In this document: positions 51,927 to 64,000 of the stretch, piece after piece
Numbering within the stretch: position 1 is the first letter of the stretch
How the letters are laid out: every line of letters starts with the position of its first letter
Assembly (NCBI RefSeq): GCF_006345805.1
Contig: NC_042998.1
Location: 114,018,001-114,082,000 of the forward strand
DNA length: 64,000 nucleotides
DNA from: Octopus sinensis
Lineage: Eukaryota
Reading direction: 5' to 3'
Notes under the pieces: model-generated
Told to the model about the DNA's origin: nothing
Databases searched by the model: none
The model's input: the letters and a program-made list of their open reading frames with translations, nothing else
Translations under genes and position numbers: made by a program

Positions 51927-51930
<4 letters not shown>
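51370..51930 (-). mobile_element. Family E repeat, second copy, in (ATT)n
   Basis: Reverse complement aligns with 47997-48500 (e.g. gaattagtcactctcccaaa / tttgggagagtgactaattc). Confidence 0.8.
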
Positions 51931-51964
<34 letters not shown>

Positions 51965-51976
51965 TATTATTATTAA

Positions 51977-52029
<53 letters not shown>

Positions 52030-52046
52030 TATTATTATTATTATTA

Positions 52047-52094
<48 letters not shown>

Positions 52095-52127
52095 CATTGT
52101 TATTATTATTATTGTTGTTGTTGATGT

Positions 52128-52325
52128 TGTATTAAAACTTACGGCTATATAGCTGGGTATGATGGAAAGTGTCCGCTGTCCACAGGCAGCAGACTAAGGT
52201 GGTAATTGTTTTACCAGTCCTGCTTCAAGAACCCTGCGAAGAATTCTTGCAGTTCCAAGTAATGCTGATTTTTGTAGGAGTTCTACCTTCACACTTGCAC
52301 CGACTTTTTTCAGCCATGATTGTAG
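52128..52325 (-). mobile_element. R4/Dong-like LINE 3' end (second family)
   Basis: Minus strand VKVELLQKSALLGTARILRRVLEA, then a UTR running into (AAT)n. Confidence 0.75.
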
Positions 52326-52520
52326 CTACACCTATCATCATCATCATCATCACCACCGCCACCACCACCACCACCACCACCACCACCACCACCACCACCA
52401 CCACCACCACCACCACCACAACAACAACAACAACAACAACAACAACACAACAACAACAACAGCAGCAGCAGCAACAACAACAACAACACAACAACAATAA
52501 TGATGATGATGATGATGATG

Positions 52521-52565
<45 letters not shown>

Positions 52566-52569
52566 GCCT

Positions 52570-53722
52570 TGCTTAGCCTTAATACCTCTCTCAAAATTGC
52601 TCAATGACGCAGAGTACGGATATAAAATGTTTGATAAAAATATAAATCATCTCATTTACATGGATGATTTAAAGCTCTTTGCAAAAAATGACTAACAACT
52701 CAAGGGCTTACTAGCGATTGTTAAACAATTCAGTGATGACATCAGAATGAAAGTTGGCCTCGATAAATGTGCAAAAGCTACCTTTATCAAAGGGAAAATG
52801 ACAGAAACATCTAACGCAAACGTTGACCAGCAGAATGTCATAAAAGAATTAGACCCAGAGGAGAGCTACAAGTACCTAGGGGTAATTGAAGGGGCCGGAA
52901 TAAGGCATTCAGTGATGAAGGAAAGGATCAGGAGAGAATGTTATCGCAGAGTAGAGCAATACTCAAGACAGCTGAATGCGAGAAACAGGATCGAAGCGAT
53001 CGATGCTTTAGCCATACCAGTCGTGACTTACAGTTTCAATATCGTTAACTGGTCAATTACTGAAATATGTAATCTTGACGGAAAAATACGAAAACAGTTG
53101 ACAATGCATAGAATGCACCACCCTAAGGCAGATATAGAACGACTTTATCTGCTAAGAAAAGAAGGAGGCCGTGGACTTTTACAACTGGCAATAACAATGA
53201 AGATTGCTACAATTGGCCTAGATACCTACCTGAAAAACTCTGAGGACTGGATGTTAATACTTGTCTCAAAACATGAAAACAAGAAAGCATCATACTCAGT
53301 AACAAAACAGGCAAAGGGATATCTAAATGAATTCCAAATACAACAAATTTCGGAATTTGACATACAAGAAACAAGCACAGCAAAAGCTAAACGCATGAAA
53401 ACCCGTGCCAAAACTGCTGCCTTAGAAATTCTGAATGATAAATGGCAAGAAAAACCTCTCAATGGCAAATATCCAAAGAGAGCGAATAATGCAGATGTTG
53501 ACAAAGCCCTGACCCGTCAGTGGCTAATGGTCTCTGAAACAGAAGGGTTTATCATAGCAGCTCAAGATCAATGCCTACCAATAAGGAACTACCAGGCCAA
53601 CATATTAAAGAACGGTAGTAGCCCAACATGTCGTGTATGTCAACAACAAAATGAAACCATTGATCATGTTGTCTCCAAGTGCAGTCTTCTAGCGCCTACA
53701 GAGTATCTCAACAGGCATGATA
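52570..53722 (+). mobile_element. R4/Dong-clade LINE RT to zinc-knuckle fragment, best preserved coding stretch in the window
   Basis: CLALIPLSKLLN, HLIYMDDLKLFA, GLDKCAK, YKYLGV, LYLLRKEGGRGL, ETEGFIIAAQDQ, CRVC..ETIDHVVSKC, YLNRHDR; one in-frame stop near 52693; begins right after (AAT)n. Confidence 0.92.
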
Positions 53723-53724
53723 GA

Positions 53725-54480
53725 GCTTTCTATTCTCTATATCATGGTCGCACTGAATCATAAAATCCCATACGATCTATTTTCGAGGATGACTTCAGGT
53801 TTGTAGACGTACCGATTTCTTGCTCTGTTACATCCATACTTGTTGCAAAGTGTCCAATGGACAAGCCTGGCTATATTGTCGTGGCGTCTTTTATATTCCT
53901 TTCTTTGCTTTCTATATTCATAATTGATCTTCCTTCTATAGTATCGTCAGTCTTTATGGAGAAATCCCGTGAAATTCTATTATTATCATTCAAAATCATT
54001 CCCCCTGGCTTCTATTCGTACCACTTTTCTGTTACTTTGGATCCACGCCGTGAGCTAACATTCCAGTGCACACTTTTCTCGACAGAGTCACGCCTGCGTT
54101 AATAATTATACTCTTTTCGTGCTAGCATACTGCATTCACTTCAGTGATGTTTAATACTTTTGTCTCCTTTCCCACAAATCCAACATTTTTTAAAAATGAG
54201 TTTTGTCAATCGTTGTCTGTATTAAATTCATTCGAATGGCTTGTTTCTGATCGGCTATAATAAGCGCTTCAGTTTTTTTTTCAAGTTTACATATGTTAAC
54301 CCAACCAGCCTTCTTTATTTCCAAAATTCTCGGTTTGATGCATGAATAAGCAATGTAGTTTGTTCTCCTGGCTGCTATCTGTCCACTCGTTCTTCCTTCG
54401 GTTCTTGAATTTTCTTTCTGCTTCAGTGAGTTCTTGGATATATCTGGCCACAGATATTATTTTTACCTCAATACACACAG
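53725..54480 (-). mobile_element. Two tandem R4/Dong-like C-terminal fragments, opposite strand
   Basis: ENKLHCLFMHQT, CGKGDKSIKH..SECSMLARKEY, EKWYE.KP, RDFSIKTDDTIEGR, then RRHDNIARLVHWTLCNKYG...IQCDHDIENRK. Confidence 0.7.
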
Positions 54481-55041
54481 CATATTTTTCATATTTGCTA
54501 TCGCAGTACTGGTGGTGCCTTTTGTATTAAGCCACCCTCTAGAGACTTTCTTACAGTATTTTTAATTTTCATCTATATCTATTTATTTGTAAATCTATGT
54601 GTGTGTGTTTTGCGCGAGCTTATGTGTACGTATATATTATACTCTTTGAATGTTGATGTCAAAGAGATGTCAAAATCTATACCTCACAGTGACGTAGACT
54701 GGGGAAAAGCTAAAAAATTTGTGAAACTATGTGTCTAATACGCTGTGTGGGTTGGGATATTTTCTAGATAGAGAACAAAAACTTGTTGAGAAATATTTAT
54801 CATTTAAAATTTTATGACTTCAGGTTTTGAAGGTCGTTATTCTTCATGGCTATAAAAATTTCTGTCCTCACAGTAATACATCTTCGTATAGACCGTTTCA
54901 TAAAATTCTTTTTATAATTTCCAAAGAAGCAGTCCTGTTATATGAGCTTCAGAGATTCCCAAATTGTGTATGGTACGCTATACTAGCCCATCTAAATACT
55001 GAATATTGCAAGCATGAAATTTAAGCAGCTGATGTATAAGC

Positions 55042-55356
<315 letters not shown>

Positions 55357-56164
55357 CTAGATATATATGTGTATATAAGTAGAAGCCGTTAACATTCACA
55401 AAGAATGGCTTACAACATATGTTCAGGCTCTTTCTGTTGTCAATTCGAAATCCGACGAGATGAACATTACTTTTCATTCTTTTGCCATCGATAAAAATTG
55501 AGCTCAATTTTGATGCAGTCCTCTTTCAGTTTTCTCACTGCCACATGATGGATTTTCTGCTAGAATTCAGTCAAGAATAGAATGCTCGAAAGAAGATCCA
55601 TATTTGCGTACGAGAACATGGGGAGCTAAAACTGTCACCGAATGCATGGCACATTCTATGTCCATAACATGTTATAACTGATTGGGTGTAAGGGCGTAAT
55701 AGCATATACAGGGAGTGAGAGAGAGAGAAAGAGAGAGATGGAGAAGAAAGAGAGGAGAGGGGAGAGGGAGAAAGAAAGAGGGAAAATGAGAAAGACAGAT
55801 TTTTATTTAGCAGTCCCATTGGTTCTCTTAATTTCTCTCTATCTCCACATGTATGTATATCATTGTTCAGTTTTATTTCAAGATTTCTTGCCAATAGAGA
55901 AAGAGCTGGTTTCTAACCTAGATTCATAGCTCCTGGGTATTTTTGTATGTATGTGTGTATGTATGTATGAATGTGCACAGATTTATATGTTTTACTTTAT
56001 GTCTTTTCATGCATTTAGTAACATATCTAGACATGCTCATATAAATTTAAATAATAAACTACTGGAAGTTTTACAGATTTTTACAGTTCCAGTGATGGGT
56101 TGGATCTGTAGTTTCGAATTAGCTTTCTCTTTCCTGCTTTTGAGAAGCTTAATTTCTCAAGATT

Positions 56165-56900
56165 GGTATTGAGGCAGTGTGTTAAATATCATAGGGCCCC
56201 AATAATTACAGGTATAAACCTGGACTTGTAATCTGGGCAGAGTAAGTGCAGATTCCTCAATACTTCATCGTAGGTATTCTCTTTTTCACTTATCTTCAGC
56301 CTTATGTTAACATCCACTGCACACAGTTTCTCTTCTCTATACCAAATCCTTATATCAGGTCTGTTATGCTTACATTTTATTGAGTATTTCACTGGGAAAT
56401 TCCACCAGTACTTCTTTTTATTATGAATAGCTATGCCTTCTACCAGACTGTGGGTTCTTATTTCATTGTCTTCGGGGTTATCATTATAGTGTCCTAGCTA
56501 CAACATTATGTCTCCTCGGTAGATAATACCGTCATGACATTTTCGGATACCTGCTAATGATGTAAGTGACATCTTCAGTGTTAATTCCAAAAGGGCTGCA
56601 TCATTTGTCACATTTTGCTGCTTTTTCTGCATCGCTGTCCCTTTTGTGCATCAGGTACTTCGTTAATATTTCCTGTGCATCAGGTAGTTGGTTAATATTT
56701 CCTGTTCCTGAATTGCAAACGCATATCCTTCAAAGAAGGAGGTAGTAATCCGGCTATTGTTCTATGATAAGTTGCTTTGATGATCGATGTTACAATCATC
56801 ACGGAGCTTTCTACTAACATATCCATATATATAACTTCTGCTCATAAAGGCTCATCCTCTCGTCTGATACTACGCGGTCAAGGGAAGCACTTCGATACCT
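56165..56900 (-). mobile_element. R2/R4-group REL LINE C-terminal fragment
   Basis: AIQEQEILT, YYLPRRHNVVARTL, YWWNFPVKYSIKCKHNRPDIRIW, FIPVIIGAL; ~30-bp tandem duplication at ~56649-56708. Confidence 0.8.
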
Positions 56901-57094
56901 GGTGGTTAAAATATGTTGCCGAAGGGATATGATTCGACATTCAAAGACATTTTAGATTGATGTTAATCTTCTGCTGCCTTCTTTTCGTTTTAGGTAGAGA
57001 CGGTTTATGTCCCTGTTTATGTGGAAATTATGTGTGCTTGTTAGTATTTTTCGGGATTTCATATCAGTGGCTCGGATCTCCTCAAAACGTCAAA

Positions 57095-57432
57095 TGTATG
57101 TATGTATGTATGTATGTATGTATGCATGTATGTATGTATGTATGTATGTATGTATGTATGTATGTATGTATGTATGTATGTATGTTTGTTTGTATGTATG
57201 TTTGTATGTATGTTTGTATGTATGCATGTATGTTTGTATTGTTTGTATGTGTGTATGTGTGTATGTATGAGTATGCATTCGTGCAATGTATGTATGTATG
57301 TATGTATGCATGTATGTATGAAGTATGTGTGTATGTGCGCGTCTGCGTGGATACATATCTAACTGCGTACACACATACACGCACATATATGTTCGGTGGA
57401 AAAACAGGATAAGCAAAACTCAGTAAAGTATA

Positions 57433-57482
<50 letters not shown>

Positions 57483-57506
57483 TATATATATATATATATA
57501 TATGTA

Positions 57507-57561
<55 letters not shown>

Positions 57562-57568
57562 TATATAT

Positions 57569-57633
<65 letters not shown>

Positions 57634-57645
57634 ATGTGTATGTGT
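57095..57645. repeat. (ATGT)n and (TA)n microsatellite block
   Basis: Directly visible. Confidence 0.95.
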
Positions 57646-58734
57646 GCGTAGAATGAAGCAGAGTATTTATTGGCGCTGTTATATATATCATTATTGATAT
57701 CATTATTAGTAGTATTATTATCATTACTTATTATATTTGCATGTTTTAGTGTTATATCTGATGTATACTTCATCATCATTCCCATCATGATTTACGTCCC
57801 CATCACCGTCGACATTATCAACGTAATTATCATTGTGATCGCCATCGTCTCCCACCACCACCACCATCGTCATCCTCACTGCCACTAACAACAACAATCA
57901 CAACACCACCACCATCATGACCATTATCATCAGCATCTCCATGATTTGCATGACACATCTCTTACCATTACTCTAACTACCCAAAGAATGTCACGTGATG
58001 AATACGAAAGTTATTTCAGAAATAGGAACTGTAATTAAAATACAAAAATAGATATAAAAATGAAATTTCATTTCGATGAGAAATGTCTTGAAAATGTCGA
58101 TTTTAATGGATTGATATTTAGGACTATTGTTTATGCTAGGACCCCATCGATAACCGATCATGTCTTGCTATCCATTGCTTAACATTGTCACTAATTAGGA
58201 TATAATTGTTTAATTGAAGTTCGACTCGAGTTCTAGATTTTTCGAATATTTATTTAAATACAAAATTTTTCTCTTCTCTTTCGTCTTTCTCATCTTCGTT
58301 CTACCTATCTTTCCAAGACTTAAAATTCAAATATCTTTCTCATGAATAAGAGCTAAAATACAATACAATAGATCACTCAATCTACCTTTCTCTATTTATT
58401 AAAGGTAGATGTCGAAGAGCTCAATGTTTGCTTGTAGGAATCAACGACAGAATTCATTTTGCATTGCATTATACATACATACATACAAACATGTACACAC
58501 ACATACATATGTATGTGTGCGCGTGTACGTGTGTTTGCGTGTGTGTGTGTGTGTGCGCGCGCGCGCATACATGTTATCATCATAATTTGTTTTGTGTGTT
58601 CTATGTAAAACATCTCATCCTTCTTGTGCAATCTAAAATTCGTCCGTTTGTTATAACAACGAAATCCTCACCACCATCACCAGAATTATTATTATTGTTG
58701 TTGTTGTTGTTATTATTATTATTATTATTATTAC

Positions 58735-58782
<48 letters not shown>

Positions 58783-58785
<3 letters not shown>

Positions 58786-58990
58786 GGTGGTTAACTGGCA
58801 GTATCGTTAGCATGTCCGACAAAATGCTTAGCGACATTACGTCTGCCGTTACTTTCTCAGTTCAAATTCCGCAGTAGTCGACTTTGCCTTTCATCTTTCG
58901 AGGTCGATGAATTAAGCACCAGGGAAACATTCGGGTCGATCTATTCGACTAGTCCCTCTCTCGCCTAATTTCAGGCCATATGCCTTCTGT
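58783..58990 (+). mobile_element. SINE family B (short-tail form), diverged
   Basis: aaggtggttaactggcagtatcgttagc...cagttcaaattccgc...tttcaggccatatgcc. Confidence 0.8.
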
Positions 58991-59599
58991 AGAAATTATT
59001 ATTATTATTATTATATTATTATTATTATTACTATTATTTTTGGTTTCAAAGCGAAAGGGCGTGTCTTCAGAAGTTGTGAGTTTTTGCTCAATTATCATTG
59101 ATAATTTTGTCATATATATTAATAATTTTGCATATTTCTGTAGCCAAGTCGACTGCCCTCTTGCTGAGCTAATCGGTTAGGCAGAATTTTTCCCTTTTAG
59201 GAGAGAATTTTTCATTTCAAATTTTTCAATTTCGATTTTGCACATCGAAATTTTACAAAAATATCTATGAAGAGGAGTGTAACCTCTTCTCTTCTTTATG
59301 CACCACACCCTCTGCAGTCGAACGACTACATAAAAGAAATGTCCAACGTTAATTGTCTCCGCCCGCTCCGCGCCTTAAAAGGCGAAAAAAGATATGGAGA
59401 AGAAGCTTTCCGGCATGTGCAGCGCTAGAGAGGAAAACGAAGGCTGTCATTGGACCGCCTTCCCAACGTGCATTTCCCTGCTCTCACCACCACTATTGCT
59501 CCTACACTGGAGAGAGAGGAAGAGAGAACTGGGAACATGCGTACCAGTAAGACCACCAGTAACACCACCAAGACTAACATAAGTAGCTACGACAACAAT

Positions 59600-61270
59600 A
59601 ACAGCAAGGCCAAGTGTCGGCCAGGAGCGGGTGGTGGTGGTTTTGCAGTGCTGTTCCGGAAAGGCATGGATCTGAAAATAAAGGCAATCTTCCTTGAGGG
59701 TAAGTTGGCGGTCGTGGATGTGAACGGCAGTGACGGTGGTGCTTTGAGACTGGTGCCTGCCTACACTCCGAGGCAGTTGGATTAATTTAAGCGTCTAGAT
59801 GTATTCCTGAGTACGTCTTGCATTTTAGTGTTAGTTGGGGGTTGGAACGCTGTCTTAGACGAACGTTTCGATCGGGTGGGACAGGAGTATCTGATAGAAG
59901 AGGGGGTGCAAAAGCCTCAGCAACCTGCTCAGATATCTGACAGATATCGACTAGACAACCCGAACGTGCCAATGTGGACTTGGCCAAATCGCATCGGGTC
60001 GTCTAGATCGTACATAGATAGAGTTTTCTGTAGGCCAGCAGATAAGGAAAGCATAGGGTGTCTCCAATTCCACATAGTTGACTACACAGACAACAAACTC
60101 GTGATCTGTACAGTCGATTGAGATAGGCTCTATAGACAAGGTCCCGGTTACTGGAAGCTAAACGCATCATTAACGGCATGCAAAGCTTACAGAGACCGGA
60201 TTAGCGTATTAGTTAAGCGGGCGTTGACGGGGGTGATCGTCTAAAACTGGTGGTTTGCTCTTAAGAGGGCAATTAGAGTAGAATCAATTAGGTTTAGTAA
60301 GGCTTTAGCTGCAGAAAGAAAGAAAATAGATGGAAATTTAGTTAGAAATCTAGACGAGGCTCTTAGGCCAGTCATCGCGACCGACGTGTTGGCAGTGAGG
60401 TTGGCCCTCGACAAACACTTCGACGCCAAACACGAAGGCTGCGTTGTCAGAGTTAAGGCGCGTTAAGCAGGGAGGAGACTAAGGCCGCTCGGTGGGCCCG
60501 CGTGGCGGAGGCCAAGCGTGACAACACAGCGACCATTCGGTTTTTGGTGGACCAGAAGGGGTGCAAGGTGTTCGAAGTGAAGCAGATGTGTGCGGCCTTT
60601 CAGCAGCACTTTGCTCGACTGTTTTTGACGAAGGGGTGGGATAGACACGGAGCAGACTTCGTGTGTACCTGGACGACCTGCTGCGACTCTCGGCGAACGA
60701 GGCGGAGTGCTGCGAAAGACCGATTGCTGCCTGGGAAGTACAAGAAGTGATGAAAACATGCACGAGCGGTAGATCGCCGAGTTTGGATGGTCTGCCCTAC
60801 GATCTTTATATTTCAATGCCAGATTTATTTGTGGGCCTCTTGGTAGATATCTACTGTAACTGGTAACAAAGCGGGAGAATTCCCGCTTTTGTTTGTCGAG
60901 GAATTGTGGCACTGCTGAGAAAGGATCTAAATAGGGGGAACGTGATAGAAAACTTCAGGCCCATCATTCTGCTCAAAGCAGAGTTGAAGATTTGGGCCAA
61001 AGTGTTAGCCAAGAGGTTGGCGGCTGTTGTGGACAAGCTGATTGGCAAGGCGCAAACATGCGCAGTCACGACCAGGTCTATCCACGACTGCTACGAGTGG
61101 GGCTTTGATCAATTTACATCAGTCTAAAGCCTTCGATAGAGTCGACCATCGATACTTGTCAGCTGTTCTCAAGGCAGCCGGTTACGGTCCGGTCTTCCGC
61201 GGGTGGAACACTGCTTTGTACAGCGGTATCTTCTCGGCCATACGTGTGAACGGTCATACGTGTGAACGGT
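59600..61270 (+). mobile_element. L1/Tx1-clade LINE ORF2 remnant (APE endonuclease and first RT domains), multiply frameshifted
   Basis: GGFAVLFRK, LVGGWNAVLD, WTW...SRSYIDRV, GPGYWKLNAS, GRSPSLDGLPYDLY, NFRPIILLKAELKIWAKVLAKRL, AFDRVDHRYL. Confidence 0.9.
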
Positions 61271-61274
61271 CATT

Positions 61275-61775
61275 ACATCATTGCAGATTAGGCATTTTGG
61301 GTCTACTCGAATTTTCATCAACTTGGCTTGGTATCTTCGGGTCAATAAGCTTTCATCTTGAGCAGCTAACGAGAAGTATTTTCTCTATACCTTTAGCCTT
61401 GAGCTCCGTGGTCACTGACAGCTGTGCCTCAGCTCAACATCAGCTTCTTTGCTACAGATCACATATTTGCCATGCAGAGGTGTTTGTTCCCCTCTATCAG
61501 CCTATTGTTCATGCGCTTCTTTCCTTACCATTAATTTCACATTTTCGCAACAACGGTTGTTGCAACTCCGTCATGACGGTCAGCCTGGCTATCATGCATG
61601 AACACAAAAACAAAGTTTTAACGTTTGGTCATGACAGAACAATGTCTCTTATGCCTTTCGTGAGTTTTAGCATCCGGTCGTTAGATGTTTAAAGATATTC
61701 GGCCAATCCATTTGTGTTGGTCCTGTGAGAGATTTTCAAATTGGATGAAGTCTCGATCTCCTTGGGCTCTGGGAA
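61275..61775 (-). mobile_element. Decayed RTE-like endonuclease-region fragment
   Basis: Minus-strand remnants including TAVSDH, resembling the terminal SDH motif of APE domains; heavily broken. Confidence 0.35.
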
Positions 61776-61777
61776 GG

Positions 61778-61820
<43 letters not shown>

Positions 61821-62107
61821 GGAAATGAGGAGCAATTTTATTTTCACTTCAAGCACTTCAAAATTAATAACTTGCAGTTATTATGCACTATCGGACGAGC
61901 CCCAGCATCATTTTAAAAGGCTGTGCTCCACCAAGGCCGCCGTTTATCGACTGAAACAAGTAAAAGATTAAAATAATAAAAGAATGCGGTTAATGTTTAG
62001 TTTAAATCTTGACAATCACGTTTGTGATTTTACAGGTAAAGAACACACGAAATATATTTCATGCGCATGGTAATCATTGAAATAGGGTTGTAGTGTATTC
62101 AATATCG

Positions 62108-62703
62108 TTTTCTACTCTAGGCACAAGGCCCGAAATTTTTGGGGAGGGTCTATTCGATGAGATCGACCCCAGTACGTAACTGGTACTTAAGTTATCTACC
62201 CCGAAAGGATGAAAGGCAAAGTCGACCTCGGCGGAATTTGAACTCAGAACGCAACGGCAGACGAAATACCGCTAGGCATTTCGCCGACGTGCTAACGTTT
62301 CTGCCAGCTCGCATATTCTAATGTCTGTTGATGTAATTGTAATCTACTTCATCTCTAACTGCTTCATATTACCTGTAGCCTTCAATATATGGTTATTTTC
62401 CTAAGGGATTTTTCCGAGGCAAAGTCGACCTCGGCGGAATTTGAACTCAGAACGTAAAGACAGACGAAATATTTATTTCTTTACTACCCACAAGGGGCTA
62501 AACACAAAGAGGACAAACAAGGGCAGACAACAGATTAAGTCGATTATATCGACCCCAGTGCGTAACTGGTACTTAATTTATCGACCCCGAAAGGATGAAA
62601 TGCAAAGTCGACTTCGGCGGAATTTGAACTCAGAACGTAAAGACACGAAATACCGCTAAGCATTACACCCGGCGTGCTAACGTATCTGCTAGTTCGCTGC
62701 CTT
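62108..62703 (-). mobile_element. SINE-B cluster: single short-tail copy (62108-62311) and a long-tail copy followed by a partial second monomer (62413-62703)
   Basis: Repeated gcaaagtcgacctcggcggaatttgaactcagaacg blocks. Confidence 0.88.
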
Positions 62704-63414
62704 GTAATTTATTCAATATCGGGCTCGAAGACAACGAGATGCACAAATATTGTGATTTCAGAATGACAATTATTTAAGATTTAAGCAAAAATGGAGGAGC
62801 AGTATCCAAGAGTTTTACATAGTTTCAAGGCTACATAGTTATGCAGGGTAGCCAATTACGTAGGTGTACCTGGTGTGTTGGCTCTTGGAAACCAGTGAAT
62901 CTATAATAATGAAGGATGGTATGAAATACAATTGCTTGAAATATTGCAGTAGAGGTGAAAATTATTTTAAAATGAGACCAAGCTGTATGTGTCTAACACT
63001 CATAAACACACGCACGCTTACACACAAACGCATTCACATACTCTCACGCACACAAACGCACTCACACACTCACATACACACACGAAGACAAACAAAAACA
63101 CAAGCACAAACACATACACACACACACAAATACACACACGCAAATACACAAACACACTCTCACACACGCACACTCTTACACACATACACACACACATTAC
63201 GCTTTTGCTCGAATAACAACGGTCAAGGTGAAATTTTGAAGTCACTGTCAACAGTTTCCCTGCAAAAAATAATAAACATGTACTCGTACTTTGCTCAAAC
63301 TTTTAATGTTGTTTTCTTTCCTTGCTTTAAACATAACTTCACATTAATCATACATTAATACCAAGCACGCACACTCTCTCTCTCTCTCTCTCTCACATAC
63401 ATAGATAAATGCAC

Positions 63415-63445
<31 letters not shown>

Positions 63446-63931
63446 ACACACATACACACACACATACAGCAACAGAAAACGGAAGAATGAAAGAGAAAGG
63501 AAGAGAGAGAGAGAGAGATAGAGAGAAAGATAGGGACAGAAAGATAGGTGGGAGAAGAAAGAGCTGCTATCAATGTTGCTGTCTTCGCATATTTTTGAGA
63601 TTTTTACAATCCGTATTTAATCTGAATATATGCAGGTCAAGATATAAATCAATTACATAGGCAAGGAACAGTTCAATATAGGAAAGAGTGGTAGCATCAG
63701 AAAGAGTTGAGGGCCGAGGGGAAGACACAGTGTGTTGTGCTGGTCTAATTGGAGCGAACGTGCCTTTGAGGCAAACAGAAGAGAAGAGAATATACGTAAG
63801 CGGGAGTAGTAGTGAGTACGTGTAGTGAGTATGGTTTTATCAATCAGCTGAGTGGATGATAGTAAGACATGATAAAAAAGAGTTTTTGAATTAGAAATAT
63901 TAGAAGATTTAAAATGATTTTATAAATATTT

Positions 63932-64000
63932 ATGGTTCCGGAATCAGTCCCACTGCGTGGCAAGTTGGGCAAGGGTTTTCTATTAGAGCCTCGGGCCGAT
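63932..64000 (+). mobile_element. SINE family A fragment at the window edge
   Basis: atggttccggaatcagtcccactgcgtggc...gcctcgggccga. Confidence 0.75.

Noticed and set aside
56992-57094. Possible exon (strong polypyrimidine-AG, gtatgt donor)
   Set aside because: The donor is the start of an (ATGT)n microsatellite and the open frame has no recognisable content.

Overview
AT-rich, repeat-saturated animal non-coding DNA. The SINE families and microsatellite density look to me like a coleoid cephalopod, probably Octopus; this is recognition from memory, not a database result. There is a 100-N scaffold gap at 38123-38222. No intact host protein-coding gene can be supported, and nearly all listed ORFs are microsatellite translations or decayed transposon fragments. 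The window holds at least four tRNA-headed SINE families (provisional labels A-D), many R4/Dong-clade restriction-like-endonuclease (REL) LINE fragments clustered in (TAA)n tracts at 45-57 kb, CR1-, L1/Tx1- and RTE-like LINE remnants, a decayed Ty3/Gypsy pol, mariner/Tc1 remnants, a foldback MITE, several palindromes and two tandem duplications. The best observation is a non-coding ~586-bp unit repeated ~1.9 times (21464-22585). Each unit carries an identical, complete type I hammerhead ribozyme on the minus strand with a palindromic minimal helix III, making it a candidate retrozyme or Penelope-like circular-RNA element. A second, degenerate minimal hammerhead lies at 44463-44514. Other notable items: an old inverted duplication encoding an acidic 7-residue-repeat peptide whose centre is filled by a SINE-in-SINE nest, a SINE carrying locally templated insertions, and a 3' tail shared between SINE-A and a CR1-like LINE.
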